Assembly: GCF_009914755.1 (NCBI RefSeq)
Contig: NC_060927.1
Strand: one strand, 5' to 3'
Length of the DNA stretch: 64,000 nucleotides
Source of the DNA: the human T2T-CHM13v2.0 reference genome, Homo sapiens
Position 1 is the first letter of the stretch. Each line of letters opens with the position of its first letter. Below are positions 55,572 through 64,000 of this stretch, one piece after another. Position numbers and translations under genes: made by a program. The notes below the pieces were generated by a model, which made no database searches, had not been told where the DNA came from, and was given only the letters and a program-made list of their open reading frames with translations.

Positions 55572-57146
55572 CAGAATTTATACTTCTTAAAGATAAAAGA
55601 AGCAAATAGAAATTGCTTATTCTCTTTAATCTGTTTATAAATTTAAGTGTTGGGCGCCTTTCTTTGGTATTTACTGGAAACCAGGGAGTTACCTTTTTCT
55701 GGGACTAGGGAAAGATTGTAAAGTTTAATATTTTCTTTTTAAATTAACTGGTTTTAGAAATAGTACTTTTAGGATTGTGTTCTACAGAAGCCATTAAGCT
55801 TACAAGGTCTCCTCCCCTCCCCCTAGAGGAGAAGGAGCGGGAGGGGAGGATAAGTATTTTCCATATTAATATGCTGCCAGTCCTGTTTTTTTTTCTAGAA
55901 AAGTTGTAAATTTGTAATTTTTAAAAAATGGTAAAGATGACTTTCGGTTGCCATAACTTCATGAACACACACAATTTGTGCTGCTAATAGGAAACTTGCC
56001 ACCAGTAATATCTTTGTGCTTTTCCTCCTCCTAAAAAAAAACTTTAGGGTAACCTAAAAAACAGTAAAAACAAGCCCAAAACACTAATAAAATCAGAGGA
56101 CAAATCCCAATACGAGTAATTGTAAACTCCAAATAAAATTCCATAAAATTTGTTTTATTTAGTCAGGACAGGAGGTATGCTGAACAAAGTAGTTTGTACC
56201 TTCAGAAATAAATTCATTTTGGATTTAAAAAAATTAACTTGTTTATGCTAAGGAGGACATTTTGTCCTGAATATCTGGTACATATTATTTCAGACTTGGC
56301 AGAGGCAAGGCTTATATTTACCTGGGCAGTGTATAAATATGGGAAAAGATCTGCTAAACAAAAATAGTCCCAATATTTTAATTATGTATGATCCTTTTAC
56401 CTTAAAACTTATCTGGCACACTTTCTGGCTATCGGTGCTTGAAGGTATGGATTATTATTCTACGTTTTTTAGTTCCATTCCATCGTGGGCCAGTTTGTTT
56501 TCATCTGTTGCATCTTCGTATCTAGCCATTTGGATCAGTTTTCATGGCCTTAGCAATAAGAAAAGAGAAGAGAATATGGATGAATCCATGTAAATTGATT
56601 ACCACAACTAGGAAAAGAAGTCAGAACGGAAGTCCTCACAATAATGGTTTAAAATATCCACTTTTTCATTAATATTGCATGGCCTTCTCTATACACAATT
56701 AGTTTTGATCAGAGAAGTTTTATTGTATTTTTTAGCACTGTGTAGTATGTTCTTTATTAAAAGTCATATATGGAAGTGCAACTATAATAAGTTACATTCA
56801 GGAGCAATAAGTAACAGTACAGAAACATTTGTGTTTAGAGAAAAGACTTTTTGCAGGGCAGAGATTAGTTTTGCAAATTCATATTGATTGACTCCGGTTT
56901 GTTCTGGTATGTGAGAATTTGGATGTCATTATAAGATAACTACTTGGGATTCCACCTGCAGGTAAATTAGAGACTTGTTTTATTTTATTTTATTTTTGAG
57001 ACAGAGTCTCACTCTTCACTCAGGCTTGAGTGCAGTGGCGTGATCATGGCTCACTGCAGTCTCGACCTCCCTGGTGTCAAGCGATCTTCCCTCCTCAGCT
57101 TCCCTAGTAGCTGGGACTATAGGCATGCATGACCGCACTTGGCTAA

Positions 57147-57293
<147 letters not shown>

Positions 57294-57435
57294 TAGATTT
57301 GGCCTAGAGCAGTGGTTCATGCCTGTATTCCCAGCACTTCGGGAGGCTGAGGCGGGTGGATCAGAAGGTCAGGAGATCAAGACCATCCTGGCTAACATGG
57401 TGAAACTCCATCTCTACTAAAAATACAAAAAATTA

Positions 57436-57642
<207 letters not shown>

Positions 57643-57733
57643 TCAGTACTTTGGGAGGCCGAGGCGGGCGGATCACTTGAGGTCAGGAGTTTGAGACTAG
57701 CCTGGCCAATGTGGTGAAACCCCATCTCTACTA

Positions 57734-58248
<515 letters not shown>

Positions 58249-58926
58249 TAGAGACTTAGAATGAAGGGGGATCATTAATCAAATTATCACTGTGAGCTCT
58301 GTAGTGAGATAATACATCTTAATCAAATATCCTAAAGTACTATGTATGTGTAAGTAGCTTTTATTATTTTCAGTTTAATGTTTATTCATTTGGTTTGGGG
58401 ATTTTAATTTCCTAGAAGGCAAGTATTGTGTCCATGTAAATTTTTACCACGTACAGCTTATTAAAGTTTATATATTGTTGACAATGTAATTAATACTTTG
58501 AATTAAGAAGGAAATGATCTGTGTTTAGGAAGTGGAGCGGCTTCCTTTTTCTTTTACACTATTTTGGGCTCTCTTATTTTCCTTACTCTGATGTCAAAGT
58601 ACCTGTAACATGTAGCATGGTACTGGAGGTCTAGAATATTCTAAGTAAATGATTCTAAATAAATTATTGGGACATAATTGAATTGGATTTTGTTCGTAGA
58701 ATTTTCTCCAATCTCATGTAAACAAAATGTAGCACATATCCCAGATTTTCAGCCTTATATACTTTCTCCACTAATACCAAACATGTTTCCATTGTCACCA
58801 AAAAAAGTCCTCATTGACTTTAAGAACTTTCTTAAATTTAGAGTAATTGTGAGAGATATTCCCTCATTTTTTATACCACATCTTACAATTCCCTTAAATT
58901 TATTGGAAATTATTTGTATTTTGTAG

Positions 58927-59048
58927 ACTTCTGAACAAGAAACTAAAGGCCTTCCCAGCAAAAAAGGAATTGTACAGTCTATTGTTGGTCAAGGCTATCA
59001 TCGTAAAATAGTTTTGGCATCACAGTCTATACAGAATACTGTTTATAA
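58927..59048 (+). CDS. CNOT10: CNOT10 exon 11 ([30 protein letters not shown]...VY)
   Basis: ttgtag| and |gtaagt, 122 nt. Confidence 0.95.
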
Positions 59049-60303
59049 GTAAGTATTTTGCAAAGAAAAAGTGTATATATATTTAATACTAGTTTACATA
59101 ATGTTACTTATATATAAAAGTATGATTAGGATTTATCATTGCATAGGAGGAACCACTTTGTAACTAGATTTTATTGCTATTTCAACAAACAGACCCTCAT
59201 GTATAGGTCCATAGTGAATGTTATCTAACATGATTTTGGTTTATTACATCCATGGGTGCTGCAATTATTGATGGCCTAGGAAACCCTAGTCTGTTCAGTG
59301 CCATTATTAAGAATGTCCAGAAGAGGGCATCTTGGTATTTCCTTTTTATGTACTTTTGGTTATCATTGATACTTTTCATTTGGGTATTTTCTTATAGTCC
59401 CTAGGACTGAAAATACATGAAAGGGAATTCTTACTATTCAGAGAAAAAAGGTGTATTAAAACATAAAGCAACCAAAGCAGTATAGAAGCTGTCACATGTA
59501 TAATCTTCATTTGACAATTTGGAATTGCCATTATTTGTAAAGTGGCAAACTTTGCAAATAATTAGCTGCCTTAATTTGTTTTTGTCAAAGAAGAAAATTG
59601 TTCTCTACCATTTAAAAGTTTTTCCACAGTTTAAAAAATATCTGATACACAATAATTTAGTCTTAATTTAGTTAAACTATAATGCAAGAATATTTTTTAA
59701 AACTATTATGATAAAGCATTTCAAAGTTTTAAAGCAATTTCAAAGTTGTTACTACTTTTCAAAATTTTATTTTTCTCTAGTAAAGATTCTCTTTGGGTAT
59801 ATCAAACCAACAGAAAGTTGTATAAAATGTCAATGAAATTATAAGACAAAAAGTAATGTTGGTGTTTCAAAGTGTATAGAGGCATTTTTGAAAGCAAGGA
59901 TCAACCAAAGTAAGGCTCAAACGTGAAAATCTGTTTTCTTCCCTTTCGTCCCATTCTTAGTATACCTCTCCTTGCCCTCATTACAGTTGCCCTTGTCTGC
60001 AGTTTCTCTAGTATGTTAACATTAACATTGTGATATACATCAAATTATCTCTTCTCCTTGGTCTCATTCCTAGAGACACAGTGTATGTAATTTATATACT
60101 TGCAATCCATTATTTATACTATTTACAACCTATACTTAGGATTTGGGTTCTTTAGCATGCTTTTATAACTGCTTATATTAAAATTTCTACCTATCAAAAG
60201 GCATAGCTTTCATTTATAATCAATTGGTTTTATTCCTCATAATAAAAGAGCCTTATTTTAAAATATTTTATCCACTTAGCTAATTTGGTTTTGTTCTTTT
60301 AAG

Positions 60304-60480
60304 TGATGGGCAGTCTTCGGCCATTCCTGTAGCCAGTATGGAGTTTGCAGCCATATGTCTCAGAAATGCCTTGTTGCTGCTACCTGAAGAACAGCAAGAT
60401 CCAAAGCAGGAAAATGGGGCTAAAAATAGTAATCAATTAGGTGGGAACACAGAGAGCAGCGAAAGCAGTGAAACTTGCAG
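60304..60480 (+). CDS. CNOT10: CNOT10 exon 12 ([26 protein letters not shown]...SSETC)
   Basis: tttaag| and |gtattc, 177 nt, phase 2-2. Confidence 0.95.
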
Positions 60481-62631
60481 GTATTCTAATCCTTGTGACC
60501 TCCTTTGGCAAAATCCTTTCAGGACTTCTTTAGTAAACCCTTTGTTCTTTAAGTAAATTCCTAAAATCTTCAACCTGAATTTCTGAAATTCTGTTTTGCG
60601 TAACAAGAAAGGAAAGTATTTATGTTTCTGAGTCTTTCTGGAAGAGAGAAATAAGGTGAAGGCTAAGTTAGGAGAGATCCTTGAAAAAGAAAAGTAGAAA
60701 GTAGCAGCTTTGGCCGGACGCAGTGGCTCATGCCTGCCTGTAAAAGGCTGAGGCAAGAAAATTGCTTGAACCCAGGAGGCAGAGGTTGCAGCGAGCCGAG
60801 ATTGTGCCACTGCACTCCAGCTTTGGCGACAGAGTGAGACTTCATCTCAAAAAAGAAAGTAGCAGCTTTTCATTGACAAGAGGGATATTTGTAAGAAGTC
60901 CTGTTGTCAGACAGCTTTAAAAAAAATTTGGCCAGGTGTGGGGGCTCACGCCTGTAATCCCAGCACTTTGGGAGGCCAAGATGGGTAGATCACTTGAGGT
61001 TAGGAGTTCAAGACCAGCTGGCCAACATGGTGAAACCCCGTCTCTACTAAAAATACAAAAATTAGCTGGGCGTGGTGGTGGGCACCTATAATCCCCACTA
61101 CTGGGAAAGCTGAGGCAAGAGAATTACTTGAACCCGGGAGGCAGAGGTTGCAGTGAGCCACGATCATGCCACTGCACTCCATCCAGCCTGGTGACAGAAT
61201 GAGACTCCATCTCAAAAAAACAGAAAATTTATTAAAATAAACACTTGACTCCTAAAGCTGCTTATTTCTTATTATCCTCTGTCTATCCTCTTAATATACT
61301 ATAATCACTAACCTCCAGAATATTTTTGTATATTTCTGGTTTTCTAGTATAAATTCAAAATTATGCAAATCTAGGCAGGGTGCTGGAGGAGGCCAAGAGT
61401 TCAAGTCTAGTCTGGGCAGCATAGCAAGACCCCATCTCTTCAAAAAAATTAAAAATAAGTAAATAAAAATTATGTGACTATAGAAATTGGGAGAACTTTT
61501 GGTAAGGACAAAACACATACCATTATATATAGGGAATTCAGCTTTTTTCTTTCTTTCTTTTCTTTTGTTTTCTTTTTGTTTTGTTTTTTGTTTGTTTGTT
61601 TGTTTTTGAGACAGAGTCTCCCTCTGTCACCCAGGCTGGAAAGCAGTGGCACGATCTCAACTCACTGCAACCTCCACCTCACAGGCTCAAGCGATTCTCC
61701 TGCCTCAACCCCCTAAATAGCTGGGATTATAGGCCCAGCGCCACTATGCCCGGCTAATTTTTGTATTTTTAGTAGAGATAGGGTTTTGCCATGTTGTCCA
61801 GGATGGTCTTGAACTCCTTACCTCAAGTGATCCTCCCTCCTCGGCCTCCCAGAGTGCTGAGATTGCAGGCATGAGCCACTACACCCAGCTGGAAATTCTG
61901 CTTTTTATACATGGCATCGTTAAACTTACATCTCCCATCCCAGCATTTTTTCTTGATTATAATAGCAATCAATACATATTTACTATAGAAAATTTGGGCC
62001 AGGCATGGTGGCTCACACCTGTAATCCCAGTGCTAAGGGAGACCAAGGCTGAAGGATTGCTTGAAGCTAGGAGTTCGAAGCTAGCCTGTCCAACATAATG
62101 AGACCCCATCTCTACAAGAAATAAAAAAATTAGTTGAGTGTGGTGCCAGGCACCATTAGTACCAGCTACTTGGGAGGCTGGTGTAGGAGGATCGCCTGAG
62201 CCCAGGAGTTTGAAGCTGCAGTGAGCTATGATCATGCCACACTGCACTCCAGCCTGGGCAACAGTCTCAAAAACCCAGTCTCAAGAAAAGGCAGGGGTTG
62301 AGGGGTCAGGGTAATTAGAATAATGAGAAATGCGCGAAAATATTCAGTTATTTCCCTTTTGTAGTAAAGATACTGTTTTCAGTTAGAGATTTTTTAAAGC
62401 AGTATTGGAGGGGTGGGGGCAGTGGGGGAAGAAACTAATATACAATATAGCTTTAACATGTTAGTGTTACCAAATTACTAAGTATTTCCATTGTTTAACT
62501 CTTTTACACTTTTGTTGTAAAAAGTTACATGGGAGGCCGGGCGAGGTGAGACACCTCTGTAAATCCTAGCACTTTGGGAGGCCAAGGCAGGTGGATCACC
62601 TGAGGTCAGGAGTTCGAGACCAGCCTTGCTA

Positions 62632-62865
<234 letters not shown>

Positions 62866-62913
62866 TTATTTATTTGTTGCTCTTCATAATTAAGACTCTT
62901 ACCTCTATTTTAG

Positions 62914-62994
62914 CAGTAAAAGCCATGATGGAGATAAATTCATTCCAGCTCCACCTTCTTCTCCATTGAGAAAACAGGAATTAGAAAACTTAAA
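62914..62994 (+). CDS. CNOT10: CNOT10 exon 13 ([27 protein letters not shown]); gene continues beyond window
   Basis: tag|CAG tandem acceptor, |gtgagt donor, 81 nt, phase 2-2. Confidence 0.93.
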
Positions 62995-63065
62995 GTGAGT
63001 ATCTAAACAAAATTAGCATTGCATCTATTGAAATGAACATATTCATGGCTGGGCACAGTGGCTCA

Positions 63066-63287
<222 letters not shown>

Positions 63288-63640
63288 CTAGCCTGAGCTA
63301 CTCTGTCTCAAAAAAAAAAAGAACACATTCTTTTTTATCTTGTTGATACTGTTAATATGATGAATTACACTGATCAAATGTTAAACCAATCTTTCAATCT
63401 TGTGATAAACCCTACTTGGTCAGAATGTATTTTCTTTTGTATAAATTTTTAGATTTGATTTGTTAATACTTTGTTGGGAATAAGTGCTTCTATATCCGTG
63501 AGGAAGATTGGTCCATACTTTTCTTTCCTAGAAATGATTTTGTCAGATTTGGTTTCAGGATTATGCTGACCATATAAATGAGTTGAGAAGTGCTTCATCT
63601 TCCTCTGTTTTCTGCAAGAGTCTGTGTAAGATAGGTATTA

Positions 63641-63832
63641 CTCATGGACACAAAGAGGGGAACAACGGGCGCTAAGGCCTCCTGGAGGGTGGAGGGTGGT
63701 AGAGGATCAGAAAAAATAACTATTGGGTACTAGGCTTAGTACCTGGGTGACAAAATAATCTGTACAACAAACCCCCATGACACAAGTTTACCATATAACA
63801 AACCTGCACATGTAGCCCTGAACTAATAAAAA
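63641..63832 (+). mobile_element. 5'-truncated old L1PA 3' end inserted into an antisense L1M fragment (~63330-63960)
   Basis: CTCATGGACACAAAGAGGGGAACAAC...TGTACAACAAACCCCCATGACACAAGTTTACC; flanked by a TSD-like A(T/C)AGGTATTACT. Confidence 0.75.
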
Positions 63833-64000
63833 GGACAGGTATTACTTCTTCCTTAAGTATTTGATAGAATGCACCAGTGAAACCATCTAGCCTAGGATTT
63901 TCTTTGCAGGAAGATTTTTGATAATGAATTCAACTTGTTCAACAACACTTTTTTCAGATTTTATATTTCTTTTTTTTTTTTTTTGAGATGGATTCTCGCT

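Noticed and set aside
56339-56593. 84-aa hydrophobic + strand ORF in intron 10
   Set aside because: No homology recognised and no promoter or splice support; minus-strand signals explain the region better
59966-60069. Possible additional minus-strand exon (CTCTAG| ... GAG|GTATAC)
   Set aside because: Weak donor and short pyrimidine tract; could be chance
60481-60495. GTATTCT donor as a U12-type intron
   Set aside because: Does not match RTATCCTT; best read as a weak U2 donor

Overview
Human, Alu-dense genomic DNA containing the 5' part of CNOT10 (CCR4-NOT transcription complex subunit 10) on the + strand. A CpG-island promoter lies at ~10.5-11.3 kb, with the ATG at 10978. Coding exons 1-13 (1595 coding nt, MAADKPADQG...LRKQELENL) were assembled by hand from GT-AG boundaries with consistent phases, and the gene continues beyond the window. 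The first ~10.5 kb and the introns are mostly interspersed repeats: very many Alus (including an AluYa5), a near full-length decayed HSMAR2 mariner, LTRs, Tigger-family MITEs, and L1/L2/MIR fragments. Almost all ORFs in the supplied track are Alu or low-complexity artefacts. No wholly new biological system is demonstrable from the sequence. The most notable observations are: (1) an intron-1 coding exon in phase with exon 2, next to a (TG)23 tract; (2) minus-strand splice and polyA signals for an antisense RNA covering the NAGNAG acceptor of exon 13; (3) exon junctions that recreate 5' splice sites; (4) a ~330-bp micro-inversion inside HSMAR2 bounded by 9-bp inverted repeats; (5) a 3'-truncated U3 snoRNA retrocopy. 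Repeat subfamily names come from remembered consensus sequences, not from a search.
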